Assembly: GCA_040954595.2 (NCBI GenBank)
Contig: CM082598.2
Location: 9,811,097-9,875,096 of the forward strand
From: Balanoglossus misakiensis
Lineage: Eukaryota; Animalia; Hemichordata
DNA length: 64,000 nucleotides
Direction: 5' to 3'
Part shown: piece after piece, positions 12,764-25,876 of the stretch
Layout: each line of letters starts with the position of its first letter
Position numbering within the stretch: the first letter of the stretch is position 1
The notes under the pieces: model-generated
Database searches by the model: none
What the model was told of the DNA's origin: nothing
The model's input: only the letters and a program-made list of their open reading frames with translations
Program-made: the position numbers and the translations under genes

Positions 12764-13583
12764 GGAAGCTTTGAAATACGGGTTGTGGGCTGCGGGTTGC
12801 GGGCCGCGGGTTGCCGATTGCGGGTTGTAAAATGTGGTTGTGTTTTGATAATGAAAGAATAATAATATTATATGTCAAAAGGAACGATCAAATGATTGCT
12901 TCCCAGAAGTTCAATTTGCGCCACAACTCCGGCACCAGACTTCGACCCTCACACTCACTACTGTGTGCGATGTCTCATTAGCATAATCCCAGTCACTTCC
13001 AGCGGGTACGTAGTACTAGTACTCCTTGAAAAATCGGCTGAAATACGTAAACAGTCCAGTGAGTTTTTCACGAAAGGAGTTTTTGGACCAGAAATAATCA
13101 GAGTTCAGGCTTGTATAGGTCGTTTTATTGAATTACTTTGCTTTCTGTTGCCATTCAAATGTTCCTAGCCCCTACACAAGTCGGGTCGTTGCAACTACAC
13201 GATTAGAATGGCGTTGGCCCACAGCTAGAGCTGTTCGTGGGAGTAATCAGCCCCCCCCCCCCCCCCCAAATGGTACAGCTGCGTTAGGACAACCACAGAA
13301 CAACGTATGTATACAAATATGTGAAATATGATGTGTCGAAGTGTATTTATCTAGGTAAAAGGCTGTAAAACTGTACAAAATTTTGTTCCGATCCACGGTC
13401 AGTACCACGGTTACTGTACTGCATGGGAACCATGTCGATCCGAACAATATCAGCATTATATCAGATCATTTCACACCCACAATGTGACACAGAGATGCAT
13501 TCGATCATTGCTGCGATTTTTTATTCTGGTTTTATTTTTATTCATTGCTAACCCGCAATCGGCAACCCGCATTTTAATGGTTC
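12764..13583 (+). mobile_element. Mutator-like non-autonomous element, copy 1
   Basis: Terminal GCGGGTT/CCCGCAA reiterations. Reverse complement of 19966-20618. Confidence 0.6.
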
Positions 13584-13818
13584 TGTCTTAAACTGAAATG
13601 GTGCGTATGGCAACTTTGAAATGTACTGTATGGCACAGAGGCCTGTGATGTTGCTTGTACCATATGCATATTTCCTTTTTTATCATATACTGTATAAATA
13701 CAATTTGGTGTCAAAGACATTTTGCAGCAATAAGCACACACAAAGCCACAATAAGCATACTTAATCTGAGTGGTGCCTGGCTTCTTGAGTCATCCTCATG
13801 CTCATTTGTTCTCTGAAA

Positions 13819-14783
13819 CACAGACAAAGAGAAAAACAGACTAGCAACGCTATTGTCAAAAGGTGTGAAGTACACCTCCTAATCCCCCTATGCGTGTCTC
13901 AGCTCGCCTTCAAGGTGCAGCTTGTCTCCGAAGATTTCCGAACGTATCCACTTCGGCAATGTCCGGAATTTTCCCGATTATGAAACAAAAGTGTTTTCGT
14001 GAAAGTTTGTGTTGTTGTTGTCAGTCAGCTGTAGACGGAAGGCGAGTGTACAGTGAAAATTTGAGGAAGTTTGAGTATCGGAGAGATGAGTTTGACCATT
14101 TTAATAGTTTGTACGAAAAATTTATGAATATATAATAAGTATGTTCGCAAATTTCAAAAGGTTTGATCATCAATCTCAAATTTTTTGGAATGGATTCCGG
14201 TTCGCCGAATATTGTCCTTTGTAAATCTGCGAGGTTGTTAGCGTAAATAATACTTCTAACGTGTAAATATAGTCGTCGTGAAGTAGTGTTCAGTCGTATC
14301 CTGAGTGTAAAGCGGTGCCAAGCAAGGTCATGGTACGATCTGTCAAATTGGATGTCAAGGAAAAGGCGATGTGTTGTTACTGTGTTTAATGTCGGTGATA
14401 GTTTCCATTGGGTCGTTGTATAGCATTTGCACTTAACAGACTTGCAGTTTGACGTTTGGAGCATGAAAACTGTAAGAAATTACCGCCGGCTATTCTAAGA
14501 CAACTAGGGTTTCTTATGATATTATGTCATCGTTCGCATTGTTGGAAGCCATAGGTTGACACTGTAGGTTGCCGCGATAAAATGACGCTACCGCAAAGTA
14601 TTCTGGGAAATCTCGCCACAATTGTCGCATAATATCGTACAATAATGACGCATACGCGAGACCAACCCTGGTCTCCGCGGAGTCTGACACATTTGAAGCT
14701 TATCTCAGCCGTTGTTTATCGAGGCGCACATAACATCAAAGGGACATGCCGCGTTGCTAGTCTGTTTTTTCTCTTTGTCTGTG
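13819..14783. mobile_element. P-element-like non-autonomous element
   Basis: TCTGAAA|CACAGACAAAGAGAAAAACAGACTAGCAACGC ... GCGTTGCTAGTCTGTTTTTTCTCTTTGTCTGTG|TCTGAAA, about 32-bp TIR, 7-bp TSD, CA..TG ends. Confidence 0.7.
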
Positions 14784-14821
14784 TCTGAAACGAACAGCAC
14801 TTCCATTTGTCATGTTATAAT

Positions 14822-15052
14822 TGAGGCGAGTCTGAAAACCCAGACCGAGACGAGACGAGACGAGACCAAAGATTCCCTATCTTACTGATAGAAAAGTTGC
14901 TCTTTTTTTCTGCATGGACAACAAGGTTTTATTTTTCTTGTGGCATACTGATGTTGTCTATGCGGAAAAAAGAATAACTTTTCTATCAGTAAGATAGGGA
15001 ATCTTTTGGTCTCGTCTCGTCTTGCCTCGGTCTGGGTTTCAGACTCGCCTAA
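14822..15052. mobile_element. Palindromic MITE with 8-bp TSD (hAT-like)
   Basis: About 75-bp inverted arms. GTTATAAT is present on both sides. Confidence 0.6.
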
Positions 15053-15412
15053 GTTATAATAGATTATTCGGCCATTGAAATCTAAATTCTCAATAATGGC
15101 ATCAGATTTGTACACATTTTGTTAAGGGCCAATACGGTATACCAACCACCCAACCTAGCAAGTTGTGAGAGCTGCAACTGGATAAAAAATTAAAGTTTTA
15201 AATAATCTCATATATGCTTTTAATTATGTCTATTAAATGATATTTCATGATAATGTATCATGCTCAAAACTTAGTTATGACAAAATGGCCAAAAATTAAA
15301 GAAAAACGAAAATTCCTGCAATTTTTAAAAAAGTGCAATATTGCAATGAAAAAGGAAAATATAATGTCTCAGCGGTGTTATTACTTCCATGAACTCAAGT
15401 CGATGAGATCAT

Positions 15413-16110
15413 GTTCAATTCAATTTCAATTCAATTCAATTTTATTTCACTTTCAATTTTTACATCGAATGGTGAACAATGTACTGATAATGTGAAAAAA
15501 GGAGGTAGGAAAAACAGTGCACTCGCACTAGTCAAGTCCACCCCCCCCCCCCCCCCCCAATGGTGAACAGTAGAACACTTGGTTAGTAATACAAAAAAAG
15601 TCAAACTATACTTTTTCTTAAGAAGGATTTCATTTGTTTCTTAAATGAACATTTTGACCTCGTTGAGCACATATTTTCAGGAGGTTTATTCCAAACCTTT
15701 GCTCCAGTGTACTTTATGGACTGTTGGCCAGCATTACTGTTATATTTCGGAATAAAAAGATCGCCAATATCTTTTGATCTGGTATGATATTAAGAGTGTT
15801 GAATAGGAACGAAATACTCTGAAAATCCTGGTGGAAGCTTGCTATTAAGAACATCATGAACAAACAAGGACAGTTGAAGATCACGTTGCTTGTATACATT
15901 CAAAATATGTAACTCATTAAACAATGGTGAAGAGTGTGCAAGACGGTCTGATCCCGCCAATACACATACAATTCTTTTCTGTGTGAGATGTATTGGCCTC
16001 AAAAAAGATAAATAAGTATTTACCCAAGTTTCTATAGCATAGGAAATGTGTGGAAGGATAAAACAGTTGTACAAAAGTATAAGAATATGTCGTGGGACAA
16101 CATCCCTTAA
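15413..16110 (-). mobile_element. 3' fragment of a CR1-group (Crack/L2-like) LINE
   Basis: ORF 15790-16074 (YNCFILPHISYAIETW...LTQKRIV...HSSPLFNELHIL) resembles the post-RT region. Ends in AATAAA plus an (ATTGA)n tail at about 15415-15445 and truncates the Kolobok-like copy. Confidence 0.75.
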
Positions 16111-16623
16111 ACACCGGTGCGGAAAGGCCGGGGCTTCGGATTAACGTGTGTTTGTATAGTTGTTTATTTGGGAGTGATTGGGAGTGGTCGTCGTCCCTAA
16201 CGACTGTATAACTAACGGTCGGAAGCGTTGGTAGTTTATCTGCGTAGTCTGATTGACCAGGTTGGCTGATCGCAATACTTCTCTGAAAGTCTTGGAACGT
16301 GGGCGACAGTTAATTTTTAGCAGTCGACTGTTCAGCGACGAAGTGCGATTAGCAGTGCGCAATCGACGTTCTTTACTGGCGGGTTGTCGGTAAAGTCATC
16401 CTAAGCGATTGCAATAAACTCAGCCTGGCCTGACAGCGGTTTGACGAGCTGTAAAATCCAGTGACAGAGTAAAACTTGAAGTATTATGGCAGATTTTAAA
16501 TTTTCCACAGACTAATAAATAGGCTAGCAGAATCGTTGTCCACGGTCCTCCGTGCGAATTGTCGAATGATATTGTAATGTCAGCGCAATATGAGTCGGTG
16601 CGTGTTAGATTGCTCGATTGGTA

Positions 16624-18400
16624 GAACTTTTAGATCGGTTCAGCCAGTATTTTATTCAGAAAATTGATGACATTCGTATCACCTTGGACAATAGCAAAAT
16701 ATCCACATAATTCAACGACTTAGAAGCGCACAGCGGTGCTACTCTGAATACTTTTCAGCCAGTTGATAGTCAACAAGTACTTCACATCATCACAAAGTCT
16801 CCAACGAAATCCTGCTGCCTTGACCCGATTCCAACTTCACTACTTAAAGAGAGCCTGGATGTGCTGCTACCATTCATGACCAATACAATAAATCTTTCTC
16901 TACAATCAGGTGACGTTCCACAATCCTTCAAGCATGCAGTTGTTACACCACTAATCAAAAAGACCACCCTGGATAATAACATACTTAAAAACTATCGACC
17001 AGTTTCTAACCTGCCATTTCTGTCAAAGGTCCTCGAGAAGATCGTTGCCGTTCAACTCAATACATATCTCACCACGAATTCACTAATGGAACCATTGCAG
17101 TCTGCATACAGGAAGTATCATAGCACCGAAACAGCTCTACTAAGAGTTCACAATGACATCTGCTTAGCCATCGATTCTGGAAAATGTGTTTTCCTTATTC
17201 TCTTGGATTTATCGGCTGCCTTCGACACCATCGACCACGATCTACTGTTAAGAAGGCTATCCAGTCTTGGCATTACTGATATGGCACTCAAGTGGTTTGC
17301 ATCCTACCTCAAAAATCGAGACCAATCCATAATAATAGACAAGATCACCAGTCAACCATCACATGTTCGTTTTGGAGTGCCACAGGGTTCAGTTCTTGGC
17401 CCCATTTTGTTCACAATCTATATTTCTCCGTTGGGAAATCTTATTCGTCAGCACAACCTACAATTCCATCAATATGCAGATGACAATCAGATTTACCTTG
17501 CCTTCTCTCACACCGATTCATCTTCCGCTATAGCATCCATTGAGGCCTGTATCCGTGATCTTAAGGACTGGATAACCCAAAACAAGCTTCAACTCAACGA
17601 CTCCAAAACTGAGATTCTACTTATTCGTTCACAATTTCATCACTCTGCTGATACTATTGACAAGATTACCATTGGTTCAAGCTCTGTTCCCGTCGTTAAA
17701 TCAGCTCGCAATATTGGTGTAATATTTGACAATACGCACATGTATAAAGATCACATCAAGAAAACTTGTCAATCAATATATTACCACTTTCGCCGTGTCG
17801 GACAAATCAGGAAATTTCTTAACAAAGCAACATGTCAAACAGTGATTCATGCTATTTTGGCAGCGAAACTCGACTATGGTAATGAATTACTGTATGGTCT
17901 ACCAGAAAGCAGTCTGAACCTTCTACAACGCACACAAAATACAGCTGCAAGAATCATAACTCGGTCCAGGAAGTCTGCCCATATAACGCCAGTTCTTCAA
18001 CTTCTTCATTGGTTACCAGTTCGCCACAGGATAGAGTATAAAATTAATCTGCTCACATACAAAGCCTTAAATAATCTCGCTCCGAACTATATCCGCGATC
18101 TAATTCGGACTTTATTCTCCTGGTCGCAGGCTTCGTTCAGCAAATAAGAGCCTTTTATGCACTACAATGTACAAACGTTCTTCATACGGTGGCCGAGCAT
18201 TCTCACATGCTGCACCGATACTGTGGAACTCCACAAGACATTCGTCAAGCTCCAAGTTTGAGTATCTTTTAAGAAATGACTGAAGACGCATTATTTCGCA
18301 AGAGCATATGGTGTGGGCCAATGAGCACAAGCGCCTTTGAGTATGACACTTGTTATAGATACTGGCGCTATACAAATTTCTCTGATTGATTGATTGATTG
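16624..18400 (+). mobile_element. 5'-truncated L2-clade LINE with reverse transcriptase ORF 16861-18147
   Basis: NYRPVSNLPFLSKVLEK, LDLSAAFDTIDH, GVPQGSVLGP, YADD and LHWLPV motifs. Frameshifts near the 3' end, (GATT)n tail. Confidence 0.92.
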
Positions 18401-19965
18401 GTACCCATGCAATCACGATTGCACTCAAACACGTGACTGGTATTGATACTCGCTAGTCAGGTCAGCAATCATTCGCTGAAACTAAAATACCATTTTTCCA
18501 AACTGACGTAAATAAATTCTCCGTAACCGTTGCCCTTCTCATGTCCCCGACGGTGTGGTGCAAGTTTGTGCCTTGAAGTTCAACGAATGATCTCACGACC
18601 AGCAACTGAGAGTCATTAGTCGAAGTCCTACTGGCATGGCGTGCGCTGTGGTCGCTACTCGGACACTCTCGCCATACGTAGGACTATCCACGAACATTCG
18701 AAAAGTTAGCTTTAGCGAGACTGTACAGGTTTATGTTTTTCATAGATATTACTAGTACACAGTGTTCGCGCTAGCGCTCGCCCATATATGGTCATCAGGT
18801 CACATGACTTATTAAACATTCACAAGGGTACTGCACCAGCTCTCATAGGTGTGCACCATTGTGCCAAGTTTGAGATTTGTAGGTTCAGCCGTTTTCAAGA
18901 TCTAGCTCACCAAAAAAACGACTGAAGAAGAAGAAGAAAAAAGCCAGTAATACCAATAGGGCACAAGATTATAGGGTTATTACATGAGGATGCATTTGTG
19001 TAGACATTTCACTTCTATCTCAGTATGAAGATGACCCATGGACCTTTGACCCCCCATGAACATGACCCCCTAGGCAACTAATTTTTTCAACACAGGCGTT
19101 TAAAATGCTTTTGAAAATGAGTATTTAGTAAACCCCGAGTTAGAAATCGAGATATATCTTTAAAAATAGCGTGGTGACACCCTATTTTTAATTTTGTATA
19201 AAAATGAGCATGCAGTTTCACTTTTATGAAATTTCATGAATTGACATTAGTAGAAAGAAGCAAAGGATAAGCATGATGAAATCTTCATTTCCTCAACTTC
19301 CCATCATATCCATATCAAATTATTTTTTCTTCTATGATTGACAGTCAAAAGTCTGAAAAGACGAGTCTCTATTCTCTAAGTATCTATTCTCTACATTGAT
19401 TTTTTTCTTTAGTACCGAAGAGGTGTTTATTCCAGGGGGGGAGGGGGTCACTTAAATTTTGAAGTCCAAAAGGGGGGTCATCTGTTTTTTTTAAACGTTT
19501 AGGGGGGGGGGGGGGGGGTCACATGCTTTTGCCACCGAACTTTTGCTTTTGAGTCCACAAAATTGCAGTTTCGCGCCCACCCCCTTCATTCTCCGCCACA
19601 TATCATTTATTCGCTGGTTTGTCTAGTGTACCAGGGCAGACTTCTTCCCACCCCACCCCGATGCTTACTTTGAGTGGAGTGGCAAAATTAAAATTTGTCC
19701 TGCCTAACAGTGAGTAATTTGCTTTTGAGTTCATTAAAATGCTACTTTGAGCACTGTATTTTACAAAATTTTCTTAGGTGGGAGGGCACCCCCTCCCACA
19801 CCTACCCCCACCACTTTTCTTGTTTTACCAATTCTAGCAACTATTGTATTGACTTGTAATTTTATTTTGTTCATAGATTTCTTTATTGCAACGATATACT
19901 ATTATATACTTCAATTACTTTAAGAAATTTATAATTGAGGTGTGAGGAGCCTCGTTCCCTTTATT

Positions 19966-20618
19966 GAAAGTGATTAATGTGCGGGTTGCGGGCTGCGGGT
20001 TGACAATGAATAAAAATAAAATCAGAATAAAAATCGCAGCGATGAACGAATGCATCTCTGTATCACGTTGTGGTTGTGAAATGATCTGATATAATGCTGA
20101 TATGTTCGGATCGACATGGTTTCCATGCAGGGGCTGATTACTCCCACGGACAGCTAGCTGCGGGCAAACCCCATTCTATATCGTGTAGTTGCAACGACCC
20201 GACTTGTGTAGGGACATTTGAACGGCAACAGAAAGCAAAGTGAGCGTAATTCAATAAAACGACCTATACAAGCCTGAACTCTGATTATTTCTGGTCCCAA
20301 AACTCCTTTCGTGAAAAACTCACTGGACTCAGTGTTTACATATTTCAGCGAGTAACTACCGCTGGAAGTGACTGGGATTATGGCCGATTAATTTATGCTA
20401 ATGAGGCCGCGCACACAGTAGTGAGTGTGAGGGTCAAAGTCCGCTGCCGGAGTTTTGGCGCAAATCGTGTAAATTGAACTTCTGGGAGGCAATCATTTGA
20501 TCGTTTCTGTTGACATATAATATTATTATTCTTTCATTATCTAAACACAACCATATTTTACGACCCGCAATCGGCGACCCGCAACCCGCAGCCCGCAACC
20601 CGCAATTTAACGCTTCCC
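19966..20618 (-). mobile_element. Mutator-like element, copy 2, with 9-bp TSD
   Basis: CCCTTTATT on both sides. The empty site TTCCCTTTATTGCAT is visible in the paralogous host repeat at about 11375-11390. Confidence 0.75.
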
Positions 20619-20639
20619 CCCTTTATTGCATCACGGTCA

Positions 20640-21249
20640 CTCCACACAGCTGATTTCTACATAATTTGGTAGCTTTGAGGTCACTCTTTCAGAAAATAAC
20701 ATATTCGTCATGTATAAGTCGGGCGATTTTTTACAAAATCGAGGGAAGGTTGGCAGAATTTCCAATATGGCGTTTACTGTAATTTGAATCATGGGAAAAA
20801 AGGCGCCAGGACCAAGCTCCGCCCACCTTGGTGTGGGTGATACCATTTTCCGATTGGTGTCACTGCGTCACAGGCTAAGCGTATTTGCATATTTTTCATG
20901 GGTTATAGCTCATGAAAACTGTCAATACATGACAAATTTTCGACTTTGCTGATGATTGTTTATCAACTGATGCAAAGAACAAACAATAGCTATGAAAATA
21001 CGCCTAGTCTGTTGCCGAGTGACACCAAACGGAGAATGGTATCACCCACATCATGATGGGCGGAAGTTGGTCCTGGCACTTTTTTTCCCACGATTCAAAT
21101 TACAGTAAACGCCATATTGGAAATTCTGCCAACTTTCCCTCGATTTTGTAAAAAATCGCGCGACTTATACATGACGACTATGTAATTTTCTGAAAAAGTG
21201 ACCTCAAAGCTACCAAATTATGTTGAAATCAGCTACGCCGGATTTCCCT
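20640..21249. mobile_element. Kolobok-like element with about 200-bp inverted arms
   Basis: 20647-20851 is the reverse complement of about 21031-21233. Ends CCCT|TTAA. Confidence 0.7.
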
Positions 21250-21450
21250 TTAAGGAGTACTTTTCATGCTCCGTTTCCATGGAAACGGATGTGGTGACCC
21301 CTATTTTTTATGTCATATTTCAAGAGGTACAATATTATAGAATGTTTCTACATGTACCAAGTTTCATCAAATTGACATTACATTTAATTTTTGGTGATTT
21401 CGTAGCACTTAACCTTAATAATGTAATTTCTATTGTCTTATATCCATCAG

Positions 21451-21630
21451 ACACACGAGTTCAAATCATTGATGTTGTCATTGGCACTATTCCATGCTGT
21501 TACACTTGAAAGAAGAAAGTTTGGCCCCTTAGGATTTAATATTCCATATGAATTTACTACTGGTGATCTACGTATCTGTGTCAGTCAACTCAAGATGTTC
21601 CTGGTGGAATATTCGGATGTCCCATATAAG
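21451..21630 (+). CDS. DNAH1: DNAH1-like exon (AAA6 lid region)
   Basis: catcag|ACA...TATAAG|gtacaa, 180 nt. [35 protein letters not shown]...DVPYK. Confidence 0.97.
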
Positions 21631-22247
21631 GTACAAGTTTATAATTGTTAACTATCAATTACATGATCAGGCGATGTGACCCACGGCTTTGTCATTTCCA
21701 AGTGATGGGCAAGCAATATTTCGGCATCCAGTAAAAGTTTTTCGAGTATGTTTTTACTTTAGAACTGCCAGACATGTAACATATATCAGGTATGTTGCCT
21801 TATCAGCCTCATGGCGTTTCGTCTGCACCAAGTTGCTGAAGTTGCCCGTCATCTGGAAATTTGAATGCCAACGTAACTGCGTCTGAGCGCGTCTGACATC
21901 ATTTAATATCGAAGAATTGTTTATGCTCTATATATAATTCTCACAAAGTACAATAACAGAATGTAAAAATGATTATGTATCAAATGAAGATGTTTATTTA
22001 TTATTTTAATATTTAATAGCATACAATCCAAATGTAAAGGTACATAATCATAAAGTGTGTGTGTATGTACGTGCATGCAAAAACCTGACTGTTGCAGTAT
22101 TCGGATGACAACAGTTTTATCAAATATGCACATTATTTTTTTTAATTTGAAAATTAGTTTTAAAAGGGGTATTTCAAAATCTCCTGGGCCACACAGCTTG
22201 GATATTGTCACAGTTATAATTTAAGATTTGATTCTTTTCTGGTACTG

Positions 22248-22580
22248 AGAGGAATCATAGTCTCCAGTGGTTAGAGCATCAGACTCAGATGAAAGGATCA
22301 TGGGTTTGAGCCCCATCATGGCTGTGGTGTTGTGTCCTTTGGCAAGGCACTTTACTTCTTGTTGCCTCTCCTCACCAAGGAGTAATGGGTACCTGGTAGG
22401 ACAGTGATTGCAATGTGTCTGTTTAGGTCTGTGAGCTGTTGTTTGCTCCCCAGGGAGTTGAATGTAATATTTAGGTCTAATGACCTTGGTCCAATGACCA
22501 TGGGAAAAAACTGTAGAACGCATTGTGATGTATCAATTGTAATGTACTATATAAGAAATATATATTATTATAATTATAAC
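22248..22580 (+). mobile_element. tRNA-derived SINE with CORE-like central domain
   Basis: A-box-like TAGTCTCCAGTGG, B-box-like GGTTTGAGCCC, central GTGTCCTTTGGCAAGGCACTT and AATGGGTACC motifs, AT-rich tail. Confidence 0.7.
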
Positions 22581-22593
22581 ATTACTATCTTAG

Positions 22594-22770
22594 GTATTGA
22601 AGTATACAGCTGGTCATATCAACTATGGTGGTCGTGTAACGGATGATTGGGACAGACGATGTATCATGAATATCCTCAATGATTTTTACAACCCAGTTGT
22701 ACTGGAAGAAGAACATTTATATTCGGAATCTGGAATTTATAAACAGATTCCAACTGCCATGGATCACAAT
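22594..22770 (+). CDS. DNAH1: DNAH1-like exon
   Basis: tcttag|GTA...CACAAT|gtaagt, 177 nt. VLKYTAGHINYGGRVTDDWDRRCIMNIL... Confidence 0.97.
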
Positions 22771-23055
22771 GTAAGTCCTGTTGAATGTACATCAAATCAA
22801 AAATAGGAAATAGAGTAAATTAAGCTTTGCAAAGATGACATAATAGAACGTACTGGCAGTGTGATTTTAAAAGCACATGGTTTCAGTGGTAAGGGAGTTT
22901 TGTTTGATGTGTTAATTTGAGCCTTTCACATGAAGAATCATATTTTCTGCAGAATGTACTATTTATATGTAGTTATATTATTAATTAGCTTTAACCTGTA
23001 TTCAATGACTATAGTGTTAAACCTGGAAAAACCACACCTAATTTGACTTTCACAG

Positions 23056-23229
23056 GGTTACATGGCATACATTCGAAGCTTGCCAATCAACGACACTCCG
23101 GAAATCTTTGGTCTTCATGAAAATGCCAACATTACATTTGCACAGAATGAGACATTCGGTTTATTGAATGGACTTGTTCAGTTACAACCCAAGACTGGTG
23201 GTAGTGGTGGTGGAGCTTCCAGTGAAGAG
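23056..23229 (+). CDS. DNAH1: DNAH1-like exon
   Basis: tcacag|GGT...GAAGAG|gtcaga, 174 nt. GYMAYIRSLPINDTPEIFGLHENANITFAQNETF...SSEE. Confidence 0.96.
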
Positions 23230-23374
23230 GTCAGAAACCTTTTGAAATTAATGTTTATAACTCTGCATAGCCAAACAAATATGGTTACTTTAACCACTTC
23301 TTTACTGGTATAGTCCACAACCTATTGGTGGTAGGTCCTACTATACTCCTGAGAAGATCACACTACTACATTAA

Positions 23375-23719
23375 AGGGACAAAGTCTCTCTCTCGCTGCC
23401 CTTTCTCATTAATTATATTTGAAAAAAGACACCGTTTATATTATTCTACATGTGGATATGTAGTGAATTGATGTTCGACCACACAACTTCCATCCCATTT
23501 GTAGGATATGAGAGTAAAAATCTCGCCAAAATAAATTAACAGTAGAGGCTGATTATTCATTTTGGCCCATATTGCACTCTCGTGTCTACATGTGGGATGG
23601 AAGTGTGTGTGGTCTAACGTTCATTCACTATATATCCACATCATCATGTACATTGACATAAACAACGTCATGTATAAAACATAATGGAAAAAGGGTAGCG
23701 AGAGAGAGACTTTGTCCCT
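23375..23719. mobile_element. Near-palindromic Kolobok-like MITE, copy 1 of 3
   Basis: TTAA|AGGGACAAAGTCTCTCTCTCGC ... GCGAGAGAGAGACTTTGTCCCT|TTAA. Confidence 0.8.
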
Positions 23720-23984
23720 TTAATAATGGGAAAAAGTGTATAATAAATGGGATATACACAAAATATTGACATTTGCAGATCTTTGCTCTGTAAGCTAAAA
23801 TGTTCATATAATCCAATGTTATGATACATTTTGAGGAACAACAAGGTTGTTGCCATGAAAACAAAGCAGGTGAGACCTGAAAAAAATTGTTAACAAATGA
23901 TGCAAATGGCGTTCAGCAAAACATAAAAGCTTCAGTCCCTAAAACTACATTCATACATGTGTATGGCGCGTAATCGAGGCCAAA

Positions 23985-24420
23985 ATTAACACCTCACTTT
24001 TTGAGTGAAACGCATTTGAATCGGACTCAACCTCATTTGATTTGACGGTCGACACTTTTGAATCGCCGAGGACCACATTTGTTTTGACTGAAACGCATTT
24101 GAATCGGACTCAACCTTATTTGATTATGAGGTCGACACTTTTGAATCGCCGGACCACATTTGTTTTGAGCTGACACGCATTTGAATCGGACTCCCAAGCA
24201 TTTGATTATGAGGTCGACACTTTTGAATCGCCGGACCACATTTGTTTCGGACTCAACCTCATTTGAGTTGGGACAAACCATTTTTGACTTGGGGTACACT
24301 GCATTTGATTTGAGTGACGATACTTTTGAGTTGAGACAAACCGTTTTTGAATTTGAGTCCACCGCGTTCCATTTGAGGCTCAACTTGTGAATGGGACACC
24401 ATCTCATTTGATTTGACTCA
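23985..24420. repeat. Modular tandem repeat (about 21-bp modules, about 85-bp higher-order unit), probably an arm of a DNA element
   Basis: ACGCATTTGAATCGGACTC, GGTCGACACTTTTGAATCGCCG and GGACCACATTTGTTT each recur three times. Confidence 0.7.
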
Positions 24421-24504
24421 GGTTTTTCTTCCAATTGATTGTACCAGAATGTGGCTCTCTGTAAAACAACCCTTCTTTGTAGTGATTAGCTTTGCCCAGA
24501 CAAC

Positions 24505-24810
24505 ATGAAACGTCACAAAGCGTCATGCCCTACGTCACATGACGTCATTAATATATACAGGTGTTTTCTGTTACTGAACTGGGGGGTCTGGAAGGACTGA
24601 CCCGGAACCATATATAGGTTGTGTGTTTCATATCAGTAATAGGTTCCCGCCCGTAGGCAACGCATGTAAGTTCCCAAAAAGTTATATTAGAAACAATGAG
24701 ACAGGCCTACAAGAGAAAAAAAGTAATGTCTATTTCTACTTTTCAAAAGGAAAACATACCCAGTATGCATAGTGATCGGACACAGGGTATGACGCTTTGT
24801 GACGTTTCAT
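24505..24810. mobile_element. MITE of unknown superfamily
   Basis: ATGAAACGTCACAAAGCGTCAT / ATGACGCTTTGTGACGTTTCAT, a perfect 22-bp inverted pair. Confidence 0.6.
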
Positions 24811-24883
24811 TCCACTCTCAATCCTAGATCCAATGGGTTGAATTCAGTAACACAATGTTTTGTAACCATATTTGTATGCACAG

Positions 24884-25014
24884 GTTATAGAAGAAACTGC
24901 AAAGAGTATCCTTGAGAAAGTACCCACAGAAATTGATTTGAATATGGTGATCAAAAAGCATCCAGTCAGATATGAAGAGTCCATGAACACTGTACTGATA
25001 CAGGAAGTCATCAG
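24884..25014 (+). CDS. DNAH1: DNAH1-like exon (C-terminal domain)
   Basis: gcacag|GTT...ATCAG|gttagt, 131 nt, ends in phase 2. VIEETAKSILEKVP...PVRYEESMNTVLIQEVIR. Confidence 0.96.
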
Positions 25015-25876
25015 GTTAGTCCAGAGTTAAATACTAACACATGGTAGCAAGGGCAAACTTATACACATGTTGACTGGCAATGAGGACATCAGCATAATGT
25101 CTCAGCCAATCAAGAGTATGGAATACAGCGAGAGGTGTAATAAATAAACATCCAATCAGCGCTCACGTTTTATAGAGCTTTCTTTCCGCAAGGGTGTGTG
25201 ATCAATTTGTTCTCACACTCTCGATCCCATACTCTTAGCAGCCAGGAGTGTGAGAAAAGATTTCTCTCATGAGGATATTTTGTCTCACATGTAAGCCATT
25301 GGCAAGTACTGTGAGACAGATTATCCCAAAACACATAAGAAATGTTATCCCAGGCCCATGGTGTTTGAGATTCTGTTTCTTATATGTCCACAAAATGTAA
25401 ATTTGCACTAGAAACCTCTAATTATTCACTGTGTGACTGCAATCTGGCATGACAGTCCAGTCCATGTCTCCTTATCATTCCATTGTATAGTATTTTGCAC
25501 TGGTATAATCAAAGAACGTTTATTATCCAATCAGTTCTTGTGACATACAGCAGTGTTGGACCACAGTGTCACACCTAATCAATCTCACACTCTGTGTGTG
25601 TTATTTATATTATAATTTATAAATACCAGTATGTTGAAATTTGGCATTAAACATTTTAAATCATTTAGTTTGCATATAGTAAAGGGCCCGGAACATGTAT
25701 ATCAATACACAATCATTTCCCGGGGTAATGACGTCAAATATTTCAAGAAAACATAAAATAATGCAAGAAAACATTCCAGTTTTGTGTCACCTTTTTAATC
25801 TCCGAGAATAAGCCTGCTCTGGAATGTAAAACAGATGCTGGTAGCAGGCTGTATAGACACAAAGGACATAGGTGTA

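Noticed and set aside
16112-18965. Possible minus-strand Helentron-type host element around the L2 insertion (hairpin at about 16115, GAA microsatellite at about 18925)
   Set aside because: Only one copy is present and one end is unclear, so boundaries cannot be supported.
22255-22325. tRNA-like sequence
   Set aside because: The cloverleaf is degenerate and continues into a SINE body and tail, so it is not a tRNA gene.
23985-24420. Regular short repeats resembling a CRISPR array, and the overlapping 133-aa ORF
   Set aside because: The intervening sequences are themselves repeated, there are no cas genes, and the context is a eukaryotic intron. The ORF is a by-product of the repeat.
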